Shown here one piece after another: positions 29,228 to 38,990 of a DNA stretch of 64,000 nucleotides; position 1 is the first letter of the stretch; each line of letters starts with the position of its first letter. The notes beneath the pieces are model-generated. The model was given only the letters and a program-made list of their open reading frames with translations, was not told the origin of the DNA and searched no databases. The stretch is taken from NCBI GenBank assembly GCA_045652445.1, contig JAZRUJ010000028.1, forward strand, positions 3,478 to 67,477, given 5' to 3'. This DNA comes from Eubacteriales bacterium. Its GTDB lineage: Bacteria; Bacillota; Clostridia; Oscillospirales; UBA644. The position numbers and the translations under genes were made by a program.

Positions 29228-29793
29228 TTCGTCCCCCGAAAAAAAATTTTTGTCAAAATAATTCCCACGGCACAAGATAAAATCTGCACCAACCAAACCG
29301 TCGGGAGAATATCCATGGGGTTGCTTGCTCCGTTGGCTTGGCGAAGAGCACATATCGTGGTGGGAATCAATTGAATAGAACAAGTATTCAGCAACAAAAA
29401 CGCTGCCAGAGAGCGGGAAACAGTACCGTCTGCCATCTGCCCTGCTGCCTTGATTCCGTAAGGAGTAGCGGCGTTACCCAAGCCAAAAAAATTGGATGCC
29501 AAATTCATAGTTACGGAAGATCGCAGCGATAGATCGGTTTTTGTTTTGGGAATCAAAGCTCCTACAGGTTTTTTCAATATTCGAGAAAAACGATCTACTA
29601 ATCCGGAACCTTCCGCCACCCGTATAAGACCGCTAAAGAAACAAATGGAACCTCCGATCTTCAACAAAAGAGAAACCGTATCGGCGGGGGTGGACAAAAT
29701 GGCAGAAGAGATTTGGTCCAGATTTCCGGTAACGGCCCCGCAAACCGCTCCCGAGACCAACAAAACAAAGCAAATCCAACCAATCACAACCAT
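29224..29793 (-). CDS. spmA: Spore maturation protein A
   Basis: Membrane protein with SpmA-like sequence (LLKIGGSICFFSGLIRVAEGSGL). The RBS AAAGGGGAGA lies upstream. Confidence 0.8.
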   Translation of the reverse strand: MVVIGWICFVLLVSGAVCGAVTGNLDQISSAILSTPADTVSLLLKIGGSICFFSGLIRVAEGSGLVDRFSRILKKPVGALIPKTKTDLSLRSSVTMNLASNFFGLGNAATPYGIKAAGQMADGTVSRSLAAFLLLNTCSIQLIPTTICALRQANGASNPMDILPTVWLVQILSCAVGIILTKIFFRGTK

Positions 29794-29866
29794 CTCCCCT
29801 TTCGGTACATTTTATGGATAAACGGAAAAGTTATGTCATAAAATGGAGCAGAACGGAGGGTTTGAT

Positions 29867-30685
29867 ATGAAAATTTCAGAGCGATTCTTTCGAGGATTGG
29901 AAAAAAACTGGCAGACCGTTGCCCTGTCAGCAGTTTGTATTTGCCTTCTTTTAATTATGATTGCAGCAGGTCAAGCACAAACCGCAGAAGCTTTTTCATG
30001 TTCCGATTGGGGATTATCCTTTGGAATACCGGGAGCATCTCCCCAGGGAAACATAAGTGCGGAAGAATTAAAGGAATACAATGCCTATTACATGGGTGAC
30101 AAGGAATCCAAGACCATCTATTTAACCTTTGATGCCGGGTACGAAAACGGATACACGGAACAGATTTTGGACGTTTTGAAAAAGCATCAAGTTCCGGCGG
30201 CATTTTTTCTGGTAAATCACTATCTTAAAACGGAACCGGAATTGGTAAAACGCATGGCGAATGAGGGGCATATCGTGGCAAATCATACCGCATCCCACCC
30301 GGACATGAGCGAAATTACTGAAATAGAGCAATTAGCGGAAGAATTACAGAAAGTAGAAACCCATTACAAAGAAATCACCGGACAAGAGATGAAAAAATTG
30401 TACCGCCCGCCCCAGGGTAAGTTCAGTCAGACGAATCTTCAACAAGCAAAAGAACTGGGGTATACCACGATTTTTTGGAGTTTGGCTTATGCGGATTGGA
30501 ACAATGCAAAACAACCCGACCCCCAGGCATCCATTCAAAAATTAAATTCTCGCATTCACAACGGAGCTATTGTGTTGTTGCACAGTACCTCCAAAACCAA
30601 TGCCGAAATCCTTGACACTTTGCTCACGAATTGGAAAGCACAAGGCTATACCTTTGGGACGTTAGAAGATTTTATAAATCCATAA
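29867..30685 (+). CDS. pdaA: Delta-lactam-biosynthetic de-N-acetylase (polysaccharide deacetylase, sporulation)
   Basis: NodB-fold motifs (YLTFDAGYENGYT, HIVANHTASHPDM, LYRPPQGKFS, IVLLHSTS) closely follow the PdaA pattern. I chose the start at 29867, which follows GGAGGG. Confidence 0.8.
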   Translation: MKISERFFRGLEKNWQTVALSAVCICLLLIMIAAGQAQTAEAFSCSDWGLSFGIPGASPQGNISAEELKEYNAYYMGDKESKTIYLTFDAGYENGYTEQILDVLKKHQVPAAFFLVNHYLKTEPELVKRMANEGHIVANHTASHPDMSEITEIEQLAEELQKVETHYKEITGQEMKKLYRPPQGKFSQTNLQQAKELGYTTIFWSLAYADWNNAKQPDPQASIQKLNSRIHNGAIVLLHSTSKTNAEILDTLLTNWKAQGYTFGTLEDFINP

Positions 30686-30691
30686 AAAGTA

Positions 30692-30721
30692 ATGCGACCG
30701 ATTCTCTCGGTCGCATTTTTA
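30692..30721. terminator. Bidirectional terminator between pdaA and the PiT gene
   Basis: Stem ATGCGACCGA / TCGGTCGCAT, loop TTCTC, flanked by an A-run and a T-run. Confidence 0.75.
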
Positions 30722-31759
30722 TTATAGAAACAGCAAAAGCAATTTTACAGCCAGGTATCCCAACAAACCACACCCGGGAAAGGTAAAAATCCACGCAAAA
30801 ATCATTTGTCCCGCAACACTCCAATTAACCGATCGCAAACGAACTGAAGCCCCGGCACCCATCAAGGCGGTCGTTTTTACGTGGGTGGTACTGACCGGAA
30901 ATCCGTATAACGTACAGATTCCCAAACTGATTGCCGATGCAAAATCTGCAGCAACGCCCTGGTATGACTCGGTTTTTATCATTTTCATGCCTACCGCACG
31001 TATGATCCGACCGCCTCCAAGACAGGTACCAAGAGATAGAACGATACAACAGAGCAAAATCATCCAAAAAGGAATGGTTTCGGGGGGTGCGACGTTTCCG
31101 GCAGAAGCAACGGACAGAAGCAAAACCCCGATAAATTTTTGCCCGTCCTGGGATCCATGAAGAAAGGCATTGAGCATCCCTCCTAAAATTTCCGTACGGC
31201 GAAAGAGACGCTCCGCATCTTTTCGTCGGGTCTTTCGAAAAAAGTAAAAGATCAGCCGAACCAACAACCAACCAAATCCAAAACCGAAGAAAACCGAAAT
31301 TCCCAATCCCCATAGAACACGGCTCCATATGGAAAACCTTACCCCATCTCCCCCATTTAAGGCGAGGGCGGATCCTGTAATTCCAGCAATTAAAGCGTGG
31401 CTTTCACTGGTGGGGATCCCGAAATACCACGCAACTGCTGCCCAGACCACCACCGCAACCATTCCGGCACATAAGGCAATACGCGATAATCTTTCATTGT
31501 TCCCAAAATCTACCATTGAGTAAATGGTATCCGTCACCGTACGATTCAATGAAACGGTTATAATGAGTCCTAGAAAATTAAAAACCGCTGCCATTCCCAC
31601 CGCGACCCCGGGAGTCAAAGCACGGGTTGCAACGCAAGACGCAATGGCATTTGGGGCATCCGTCCATCCGTTAACAAATATTACAGCAAGAGTAAGTGTA
31701 GTCAACAACCCCAATGGCAGAGATGAAAAAACTGCTGAAACCCACATCGAAAAAGACAT
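30722..31759 (-). CDS. Inorganic phosphate transporter, PiT family
   Basis: Polytopic membrane protein with PiT signatures (NGWTDAPNAIA, GSQDGQKF, STTHV). I set the start at MSFSMWV (31759), which follows GGAGGG. The track's TTG extension is unlikely. Confidence 0.85.
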   Translation of the reverse strand: MSFSMWVSAVFSSLPLGLLTTLTLAVIFVNGWTDAPNAIASCVATRALTPGVAVGMAAVFNFLGLIITVSLNRTVTDTIYSMVDFGNNERLSRIALCAGMVAVVVWAAVAWYFGIPTSESHALIAGITGSALALNGGDGVRFSIWSRVLWGLGISVFFGFGFGWLLVRLIFYFFRKTRRKDAERLFRRTEILGGMLNAFLHGSQDGQKFIGVLLLSVASAGNVAPPETIPFWMILLCCIVLSLGTCLGGGRIIRAVGMKMIKTESYQGVAADFASAISLGICTLYGFPVSTTHVKTTALMGAGASVRLRSVNWSVAGQMIFAWIFTFPGCGLLGYLAVKLLLLFL

Positions 31760-31861
31760 AAAAATCCCTCCGTTATAACAATATGGTAGGAGAGAAAAAA
31801 CATTCGTAAAACTGCAAAAAATCAGGGTAAAAAATTCTTTGTGACATTTTCGTGAACCCCC

Positions 31862-31890
31862 TTGACATCTCCAAAGAATCGTGCTATAAT
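31862..31890 (+). promoter_or_regulatory. Consensus sigma-A promoter of tRNA-Asn
   Basis: TTGACA, 17-nt spacer, TATAAT, ending 24 nt before the tRNA. Confidence 0.7.
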
Positions 31891-31913
31891 GTTCAGGTAA
31901 CAAAACGAAATAT

Positions 31914-31989
31914 TCCTCCTTAGCTCAGTTGGTAGAGCCCGCGGCTGTTAACCGCGTTGTCGTTGGTTCGAGTCCGACAGGGGGAGCCA
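31914..31989 (+). tRNA. tRNA-Asn (anticodon GTT)
   Basis: Acceptor stem TCCTCCT / AGGGGGA, D-arm GCTCAGTTGGTAGAGC, anticodon stem CGCGG / CCGCG with loop CTGTTAA, T-arm GTTGG TTCGAGT CCGAC, and an encoded CCA end. Confidence 0.9.
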
Positions 31990-32020
31990 AACCCAAGTCA
32001 AAAGACTTGGGTTTTTTCTT
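31990..32020 (+). terminator. Intrinsic terminator after tRNA-Asn
   Basis: Stem AACCCAAGTC / GACTTGGGTT, loop AAAA, then TTTTCTT. Confidence 0.8.
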
Positions 32021-32310
32021 GCTTTCGGATTAATTTTAAGTTTTATACGTGCCACAATGGGATTCGGCTTCGACGGATTGGCGTTTTCATTTTCCATAGA
32101 GCGAGCCTGTTGTTTAGAGGGGAAACAAGGAATTGGAAGAATTGTTCTTTCCGCCCTTTTATGCACGGCATGAATCCTCATATCCGTCCTTGGTACTATT
32201 GCTTGTTTTTTTATATGACAAATTACAAAAAAATACTACATATAGAACGTTGGAATAAAAAACAACACCACATCTTGTATTTCTGTCACAAAAAAATTAC
32301 ATCTGAACTC

Positions 32311-32339
32311 TTGACAAATGTCGTATTATGTTGTATAAT
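32311..32339 (+). promoter_or_regulatory. Consensus sigma-A promoter of the pflBA operon
   Basis: TTGACA, 17-nt spacer, TATAAT. Confidence 0.7.
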
Positions 32340-32351
32340 ATATATACACCT

Positions 32352-32422
32352 TTTACATGACTGACGGAATGCGGAGTACCGCAAGGAAGTGTAAAGGAAT
32401 TGACATGCCGACCGTCTGGGCA
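32352..32422 (+). promoter_or_regulatory. ZTP riboswitch (pfl motif) aptamer
   Basis: P1 is TTTACAT / GTGTAAA. It encloses GACTGACGG-AAT-GCGG AGTA CCGC-AAGGAA. After a linker comes CCGACCGTCTGGGCA. The recalled consensus is GACUGGCGG ... CCGCCUGGGCA. Here the pseudoknot pair GACGG / CCGTC carries a compensatory double change. Confidence 0.8.
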
Positions 32423-32455
32423 ATTCTTTTATGGAAAAGGATTGCTCATTTTTTT
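32420..32455 (+). terminator. Expression-platform terminator of the ZTP riboswitch
   Basis: The 11-bp stem GCAATTCTTTT / AAAAGGATTGC (one G-U pair) is followed by TCATTTTTTT. Its 5' arm starts inside the conserved GGGCA of the aptamer, so the two structures are mutually exclusive. Confidence 0.75.
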
Positions 32456-32490
32456 GTATATGAAGCAATCACGAAGAAAAGGAGAACGAT

Positions 32491-34722
32491 ATGCAGCACG
32501 AACATTGGAACGGATTTAAACAAGGCGTTTGGACCGACGAAATTAACGTCCGGGACTTTATCCAGACCAACTATAAAGGCTATTTTGGCGATGATAGTTT
32601 TCTCGCCGAAGCCACCGAACGCACTAAAAATTTGATGAACAAGGTTCAAGCACTTTTTGCATTGGAACGTCAAAAGGGCGGGGTTTTGGACATTGACACT
32701 GATACCGTCACTTCTTTGACCGCTTATGAACCTGGATACGTTGATAAAGAAAACGAACTGATTGTAGGGTTACAAACCGATGAACCGCTGAAACGGGGAG
32801 TAAACCCCTTCGGTGGCATGCGGATGTGTAAAAACGCATGTGAAGCTTACGGCTATAAATTAAGCGAAAAAATTGAAAATAAATTTAAATTCCGCACCAC
32901 CCACAACGACGGGGTATTCCGTGCTTATTCCGATGAAATGCGGAAAGCTCGTAAGTGTCACGTTATCACCGGTCTTCCCGATGCTTATGGGCGGGGTAGA
33001 ATCATTGGGGACTACCGTCGAGTTGCACTGTACGGTGTGGATCGCTTGATTGAAGGAAAGAAAAAAGATAAAGCAAATATTGCGATCGGTGATTTCAGCA
33101 CCGAACAAGTTCGCAAGAGCGAAGAAGTATTTCAGCAAATTGAATTCTTGGGACAACTGAAAGAAATGGCCGCAATGTATGGTTATGATATTAGCGGTCC
33201 CGCAAAAGATGCAAAAGAAGCCATTCAATGGACCTATTTTGCTTACCTTGCCGCAATTAAAGAACAAAACGGTGCCGCCATGTCTTTGGGCAGAGTCAGC
33301 ACGTTCTTTGACATTTACATTGAACGGGATTTGGAAAATGGAACGTTGACCGAAGAAGCCGCTCAAGAACTGATTGACGATTTTGTCATCAAACTGCGTC
33401 TTGCTCGCCATCTTCGCACTCCCGAATACAACGAGTTGTTCGGCGGAGACCCCATGTGGATCACAGAAGCGGTGGGCGGTATGGGTGTAGATGGAAGAAC
33501 GCTTGTTACAAAGAGCAGTTTCCGTATTTTAAATACCCTATACACCTTAGAATCCTCTCCCGAACCCAACTTGACCATTCTTTGGTCTGTAAATCTTCCG
33601 GACGGATTTAAACGGTTCTGTGCAAAAGTTTCGAAAGATACGGACTCCATTCAATATGAAAACGATGACGTGATGCGTCCTATTTATGGGGACGATTATG
33701 CCATTGCCTGCTGCGTTTCCGCTATGAAAGTCGGGAAACAAATGCAATTCTTCGGAGCTCGCTGCAACCTTGCAAAACTGTTATTAATTGCCCTGAACGG
33801 CGGTTATGATGCCGAAAGCAAAATGGCCATTGGGCCTCAAATGTCCGTTCTCGCAGGGGAAAAACTAGACTATCAGCAAGTTATGCAGCGTTTTGACATT
33901 TACATTCAATGGCTGTCTCGCCTGTACGTCAATACCATGAACGTCATCCACTACATGCATGATAAATACGCCTATGAAAAGATTCAAATGGCATTGCATG
34001 ATACCGACGTAGAACGATTGATGGCGTTCGGTATTGCCGGTCTTTCCGTCGTTGCAGACTCTTTAAGTGCTATCAAATATGCAAAGGTTATTCCTATCAA
34101 AGACGAAACCGGTCATATTATCTCCTTTAAAACCGAAGGAGATTTCCCCAAATTCGGAAACGATGACGATCGTGTCGACCTGATTGCAAAGGAAATGACC
34201 CATAAAGTTATCACCGAATTGAGAAAAACCCCCACGTATCGCCATGCGATTCACACTCTTTCGGTTTTGACAATTACTTCCAACGTTATGTATGGTAAAA
34301 ATACCGGAGCTACCCCCGACGGTCGTGCCGCCGGTGATGCTTTCGCTCCCGGTGCAAACCCCATGCACAACCGGGAAGAAAATGGTGCATTGGCATCTTT
34401 GAATTCTGTAGCTAAAATCAGTTATGAAGATTGTCAGGATGGTATTTCCAATACATTTTCCATTACCCCCGATGCTTTGGGAAGAACCGAAGAAGAACGT
34501 ATCGACAATCTGGTTTCCATTCTGGACGGCTATTTCGCAAAAAATGCACACCACATTAACGTCAACGTTCTGAATCGAGAAACCTTGATGAAAGCTTACG
34601 AAAATCCCGAAGATTATCCTAACCTGACCATTCGCGTTTCCGGGTATGCGGTACACTTTAACAAATTGTCCAAAGAACAGCAGAGAGAAGTTATCAGCAG
34701 AACCTTCCACGAGGCTCTGTAA
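32491..34722 (+). CDS. pflB: Pyruvate formate-lyase (formate C-acetyltransferase)
   Basis: 743 aa. The active-site Cys pair is present (IACCVS), as is the glycyl-radical motif RVSGYAV near the C-terminus. Confidence 0.95.
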   Translation: MQHEHWNGFKQGVWTDEINVRDFIQTNYKGYFGDDSFLAEATERTKNLMNKVQALFALERQKGGVLDIDTDTVTSLTAYEPGYVDKENELIVGLQTDEPLKRGVNPFGGMRMCKNACEAYGYKLSEKIENKFKFRTTHNDGVFRAYSDEMRKARKCHVITGLPDAYGRGRIIGDYRRVALYGVDRLIEGKKKDKANIAIGDFSTEQVRKSEEVFQQIEFLGQLKEMAAMYGYDISGPAKDAKEAIQWTYFAYLAAIKEQNGAAMSLGRVSTFFDIYIERDLENGTLTEEAAQELIDDFVIKLRLARHLRTPEYNELFGGDPMWITEAVGGMGVDGRTLVTKSSFRILNTLYTLESSPEPNLTILWSVNLPDGFKRFCAKVSKDTDSIQYENDDVMRPIYGDDYAIACCVSAMKVGKQMQFFGARCNLAKLLLIALNGGYDAESKMAIGPQMSVLAGEKLDYQQVMQRFDIYIQWLSRLYVNTMNVIHYMHDKYAYEKIQMALHDTDVERLMAFGIAGLSVVADSLSAIKYAKVIPIKDETGHIISFKTEGDFPKFGNDDDRVDLIAKEMTHKVITELRKTPTYRHAIHTLSVLTITSNVMYGKNTGATPDGRAAGDAFAPGANPMHNREENGALASLNSVAKISYEDCQDGISNTFSITPDALGRTEEERIDNLVSILDGYFAKNAHHINVNVLNRETLMKAYENPEDYPNLTIRVSGYAVHFNKLSKEQQREVISRTFHEAL

Positions 34723-34724
34723 CC

Positions 34725-35423
34725 GTGGGAAAGATTCATTCCATACAATCCTTGGGCACGGTAGATGGTCCCGGAATTCGGTTTGTAGTATTCCTGCAAG
34801 GGTGTAACCTTCGTTGCGGATGCTGTCATAATCCCGACACCTGGAACCCGGAAGATGGGACGGACATTTCTGCGGAAGATATCGTTGCAAAAGCCGAGCG
34901 ATATAAAAGCTACTTTGGAAAAGAGGGCGGAATTACCCTCTCCGGAGGAGAACCGCTGTTACAACCGGTCTTTGCAAAAGAGATTTTTTCCCTTTGTAAA
35001 CAACGAGGAATTCATACCTGTCTTGACACGTCGGGAAGCCTTATAAACGATGATATATCTTCTCTTTTAGACCAAACCGATCGGGTGCTTTTGGATATAA
35101 AATACCCCACGGAAGAACAATATCAAAAATACGTGGGCTGCGATCTTGCAACACCGTTACAGTTTTTGGAAATCCTAAATCAGAAGAAGATACCCACCAC
35201 CTTACGGCAGGTAATTATTCCCACGCTGAATGACAATGATACGTCGATAGAATTTCTCAATCGGTTAAAGAAATCATATCCTTGCGTAGACAAAATGGAA
35301 CTGTTGCCTTTCAAGAAAATCTGCACGGTAAAGTACCAAAATATGGGTATTTCCTTTCGGTTTGATTCCTTTGATACTCCTACGGTAGATCAAATGAAGG
35401 CACTGCAAGAAAAATTGAATTAA
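34725..35423 (+). CDS. pflA: Pyruvate formate-lyase activating enzyme (radical SAM)
   Basis: GTG start 2 nt after the pflB stop. N-terminus GTVDGPGIRFVVFLQGCNLRCGCCHNPDTW contains the CxxxCxxC radical-SAM motif. Confidence 0.9.
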   Translation: MGKIHSIQSLGTVDGPGIRFVVFLQGCNLRCGCCHNPDTWNPEDGTDISAEDIVAKAERYKSYFGKEGGITLSGGEPLLQPVFAKEIFSLCKQRGIHTCLDTSGSLINDDISSLLDQTDRVLLDIKYPTEEQYQKYVGCDLATPLQFLEILNQKKIPTTLRQVIIPTLNDNDTSIEFLNRLKKSYPCVDKMELLPFKKICTVKYQNMGISFRFDSFDTPTVDQMKALQEKLN

Positions 35424-35428
35424 AAAAA

Positions 35429-35458
35429 ATCCCACCGAAAAATCGGTGGGATTTTTTA
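35429..35458. terminator. Bidirectional terminator between pflA and the gpsA-like gene
   Basis: Stem ATCCCACCGA / TCGGTGGGAT, with an A-run upstream and TTTTTATT downstream. Confidence 0.8.
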
Positions 35459-35467
35459 TTGCTTTTG

Positions 35468-36514
35468 TTATCTTTCAAAGGTGAAGGCATCCCAGGGAAT
35501 GTTAACTTCTGCTTTTTCAGACAGAATAGCATCCACGTGAGTAAGCAGGGGGAAGTCCTTCATATCCAATTTGCCGAGAGCGGCAGCGGCACGAATGGCA
35601 CGGGAAACACGAACGGCAACAACCAAGGATTCCAAGGTAACGCCATTCAGTTCAGCTTTAGCCTGATCGATGTCAAGACCGCGACCCAGCAAAATACCAA
35701 CCAAACGGGTACGACCGCCATAAACGGTAACGTAAAGATCACCGGCACCGACACACAGATTATCCAGGTGACCGGAACCTTGATAATCCAGCAACTTAGA
35801 CATTTCTTTCACAGCCTGACCGAAAACGGCAGCTTGAGAGTTGAAGTGCAGTTCGCTATCGATTCCGAAAGCTTTCTGATTGACACCGATAGTAAGAGCA
35901 ACGGCAAGAGCGTAACCGTTTTTCAATGCAACAGCACTTTCGATCCCGACAACGTCGGTGGTAATGCTAACATGATAGTAATCGGTTTCCATGATTGCTT
36001 TGATCTTCCGAAGAACTTCAATATCGTCACCGCAGAAAGCGACTTCGGTCTGATCGTGAGCAACCAGTTCGTAAGAGGTGCAAGGACCGCCGATGGCGTT
36101 CAGGCAAACTTTTTTGCCGATTTTATCCATCATGGCTTTCCACAGATCGGGGTAGGTCAAAAGAGTACCGTCTTCCGTGTCCATCAAACCTTTGGTAACA
36201 GACAAAACGGGAACGTTTTCGGGAATTTTGGGGAGAACAACTTCGCCGAACCAATCCACACCGAAGGAACTAACGCCACCGATGACAAGATCAGCACCAA
36301 CCAAAGCTTCTTCCAAATCTTCGATTTGATAGTACTTCAAACCTGCGGGGAAGTCACGGGTAAATTTGGGGTGACGGTCAGTTTTGATGCAAGCATCGAT
36401 AATGTCACGGTCCAAATGAGTACCAACCAAACGGACTTCGTTGCCATTTTCTCTTGCGGGGAATGCGAGGGCGGATCCCATCATGCCGGATCCAACGATA
36501 GTTACGATAGCCAT
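35468..36514 (-). CDS. NAD(P)H-dependent glycerol-3-phosphate dehydrogenase family protein (divergent GpsA-like)
   Basis: Rossmann motif MAIVTIVGSGMMGSALA and a GpsA-like C-terminal domain (GIESAVALKNGYALAV). I set the start at 36514, which follows AAGGAGAG. Confidence 0.65.
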   Translation of the reverse strand: MAIVTIVGSGMMGSALAFPARENGNEVRLVGTHLDRDIIDACIKTDRHPKFTRDFPAGLKYYQIEDLEEALVGADLVIGGVSSFGVDWFGEVVLPKIPENVPVLSVTKGLMDTEDGTLLTYPDLWKAMMDKIGKKVCLNAIGGPCTSYELVAHDQTEVAFCGDDIEVLRKIKAIMETDYYHVSITTDVVGIESAVALKNGYALAVALTIGVNQKAFGIDSELHFNSQAAVFGQAVKEMSKLLDYQGSGHLDNLCVGAGDLYVTVYGGRTRLVGILLGRGLDIDQAKAELNGVTLESLVVAVRVSRAIRAAAALGKLDMKDFPLLTHVDAILSEKAEVNIPWDAFTFER

Positions 36515-36550
36515 ATGAATTCTCTCCTTAAAAAATTTTTTTGAAAAGAC

Positions 36551-36579
36551 TTGCAAAAGTTTGAAAAAAATGTTATAAT
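36551..36579 (+). promoter_or_regulatory. Sigma-A promoter toward the DeoR regulator
   Basis: TTGCAA, 17-nt spacer, TATAAT. Confidence 0.55.
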
Positions 36580-36598
36580 ATAATAAAACCTTGTTTTT

Positions 36599-36627
36599 AT
36601 TATAGAACCTAATAACATTTTTGTCAA
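36599..36627 (-). promoter_or_regulatory. Consensus sigma-A promoter toward the gpsA-like gene
   Basis: On the minus strand: TTGACA, 17-nt spacer, TATAAT. It is arranged face-to-face with the plus-strand promoter (convergent, with overlapping transcripts) rather than divergently. Confidence 0.6.
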
Positions 36628-36713
36628 TATGTGGAGCAAAATTTGATAGATTATCATTTTGTGCGAAAAAAGTTTTTCATAAATTTTCAAACTTTTTCTA
36701 AAGGAGCGTTGTT

Positions 36714-37493
36714 ATGATTCAATACGAACGCCAACAGGCTATATTGCGATTTTTAGAGAGACATTCTCCTGCCTCCATCAAAGATATTGCAAAAAGCATC
36801 TATACCAGCGAGGCATCCGTACGCCGAGACGTCGCTGCCATGGAAGAAAAAGGATTGGTACAGAAAATTTACGGCGGTGTACTGTTATCCGACCGGAAGA
36901 ATGCGGTAATTCCCCTTGATTTGCGAGACGGAGATCACGCGAATGCAAAAGACGTGGTGGCAAAAAAGGCGGCGGAATTGGTCTTTGACGGAGCCGCCGT
37001 TTATTTGGACGCCTCCTCTACCGTTTGGCGAATGATGAAATATTTAAAAGGATACAAAGGGCTGAAAATTATTACAAACAATCCCCGTATCGTTTCGGAA
37101 ACCGAAGCTTTTGACGGAACGATCTACTGCACCGGAGGAACCTATGACCCAAAAAATCGTTCCTTTTACGGTCCGGGTGCCATACGGTTCATGGATTCTG
37201 TATCGGTAGATTTCTTCTTCTTTTCCAGCCAAGGGATTACCGAGGACGGAGAAATTTCCGATCCCGCGGAAAACGAGACCGAACTGCGGCAAAAGGTTTT
37301 AAAACGGGCAACAAAAAGTTATTTTCTCTGTGACTCTTCCAAAATCGGAAGAAAAAACGTCTTTACCGTCTGCCACAAAGATGACTTGGACGGCATTTTC
37401 TGTGACGTAAAATTACCCTGGGAACGAGAGGAAAAAACAGAGGAACCCTACGATACCGCTCCATCCGAGGCGTCTTTTCCGCAAAAACCGTGA
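36714..37493 (+). CDS. DeoR-family transcriptional regulator
   Basis: N-terminal wHTH (RQQAILRFLERHSPASIKDIAKSIYTSEASVRRDVAAMEEKGLV) plus a DeoR C-terminal sugar-phosphate sensor domain. Confidence 0.85.
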   Translation: MIQYERQQAILRFLERHSPASIKDIAKSIYTSEASVRRDVAAMEEKGLVQKIYGGVLLSDRKNAVIPLDLRDGDHANAKDVVAKKAAELVFDGAAVYLDASSTVWRMMKYLKGYKGLKIITNNPRIVSETEAFDGTIYCTGGTYDPKNRSFYGPGAIRFMDSVSVDFFFFSSQGITEDGEISDPAENETELRQKVLKRATKSYFLCDSSKIGRKNVFTVCHKDDLDGIFCDVKLPWEREEKTEEPYDTAPSEASFPQKP

Positions 37494-37575
37494 AAATGCA
37501 CATCTATAAAAACCAGGAGTAACGATACATGAATCCGGGAATAATATCAAGAGAACCCCGGAAAGAGAGGACGTT

Positions 37576-38949
37576 ATGACGCAGGACGAACGATACCATT
37601 TAATGACCGAATCCAATCTCCACTCGCTGATTCCGAAAATGGCAATTCCGACCATTATCAGCATGTTGGTAACGTCGGTCTACAATCTGGCAGACACGTA
37701 TTTTGTCAGCAAAATTTCCACAGAAGCCTCCGCGGCGGTAGGCGTTATCTTCTCCTTAATGGCGTTGATTCAAGCTCTGGGATTTACCCTCGGCATCGGG
37801 TCTGCAACTTACGTTTCCCGCCTTTTGGGACAGAAAAACCGAGAAGAAGCAGAGAAAACCGTCTCCACCGCGTTTTTTACTGCATTAGGCGTCGGAACGC
37901 TATTTGCGATTATCGGCGTTCTTTTTCGAGAAAAGATCGTAACGCTTTTGGGAGCAATTCCGGAAGTCCACAACCTTGCAGTGGACTATGCCACGTATAT
38001 TTTCATCGGTGCCCCTTTTATGATGGGACTGTACGTTTTAAACAATCAAATGAGAGCACAAGGCAGTGCCATTCTTTCTATGATAGGTGTTCTTACGGGT
38101 TGCGTTTTAAATATTGGTCTGGATCCTCTTTTGATCTTTGTTTTTCATTGGGGGATTGCGGGGGCAGCCATCGCTACGGTTTTCAGCCAATTTCTTTCCT
38201 TTTGCATCTTGCTCGCATTAAATAACCGGGTAAAAAATATTATTTCGGTACGGTTTAAAACATTAAGACCCTCTTGGCGGATTTATAAAGAAATTTTACA
38301 CAACGGATTTCCCTCTCTGTGTCGTCAGGGGTTGGCAAGTTTATCGGGCGTTGCCCTGAATTTTGCTGCGGGTTCCTTTGGGGCAGCCGCCCTTTCTGCC
38401 CTTTCCATCGTAAATCGGTTTATGTCTTTCCTGTATTCTGCCTTAATTGGATACGGACAGGGATTTCAGCCGGTCTGCGGATTTAATTTTGGAGCGAAGA
38501 AATACGACCGGGTACTAAACTCTTATTGGTTTAGCCTCAAAGTTGGCATTATCTTAATTTCCGCCTTGGGCGTTGCCGCTTATCTTTTGGCACCCCAAGT
38601 AATGACTTGGTTTCGAGCTGACGATCCCCAAGTCATTGAGATCGGAATCAAAGCCTTGCGTGCCCAATGCTTTACACTGCCGTTACAAGCCTTCATGATG
38701 TTGTCTCAGTTCCTATGTCAATCCATCGGCTACGGATTCAGAGCAGCGTTAATCGCCATGGGACGGCAGGGGCTATTCCTCATTCCGGCATATTTGTTAT
38801 TTTCAAGGCTATGGCAAGTTACCGGATTAATTATTTCTCAGCCTTGCTCTGACGTTCTTACAGCAACTATGGCGGGAATTATTATGATTGGAGTCTTAAA
38901 ACGATTGCATAAACTCATAGACAAACAGCATTCATTACAAAAAAATTAA
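37576..38949 (+). CDS. MATE-family efflux transporter
   Basis: 457 aa with 12 TM segments. The N-terminus (LIPKMAIPTIISMLVTSVYNLADTYFVSKI) is typical of MATE/NorM proteins. Confidence 0.85.
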   Translation: MTQDERYHLMTESNLHSLIPKMAIPTIISMLVTSVYNLADTYFVSKISTEASAAVGVIFSLMALIQALGFTLGIGSATYVSRLLGQKNREEAEKTVSTAFFTALGVGTLFAIIGVLFREKIVTLLGAIPEVHNLAVDYATYIFIGAPFMMGLYVLNNQMRAQGSAILSMIGVLTGCVLNIGLDPLLIFVFHWGIAGAAIATVFSQFLSFCILLALNNRVKNIISVRFKTLRPSWRIYKEILHNGFPSLCRQGLASLSGVALNFAAGSFGAAALSALSIVNRFMSFLYSALIGYGQGFQPVCGFNFGAKKYDRVLNSYWFSLKVGIILISALGVAAYLLAPQVMTWFRADDPQVIEIGIKALRAQCFTLPLQAFMMLSQFLCQSIGYGFRAALIAMGRQGLFLIPAYLLFSRLWQVTGLIISQPCSDVLTATMAGIIMIGVLKRLHKLIDKQHSLQKN

Positions 38950-38952
38950 AAC

Positions 38953-38990
38953 AACACCCGAAGAACATTCTTCGGGTGTTTTCTTTTATT
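38953..38990. terminator. Bidirectional terminator between the MATE and histidine kinase genes
   Basis: 13-bp stem AACACCCGAAGAA / TTCTTCGGGTGTT followed by TTCTTTTATTT. Confidence 0.8.

Noticed and set aside
31957-32364. 135-aa plus-strand ORF and 77-aa minus-strand ORF in the 470-bp gap between tRNA-Asn and pflB
   Set aside because: The plus-strand ORF begins inside the tRNA and runs through its terminator and the pflB promoter. Neither ORF has an RBS or recognisable sequence. I treat the region as non-coding.
35459-36544. 361-aa plus-strand ORF opposite the gpsA-like gene
   Set aside because: It is an antisense shadow. The minus-strand product has a Rossmann motif, an RBS and a promoter, whereas the plus-strand product is low-complexity (N/G/T/Q-rich).
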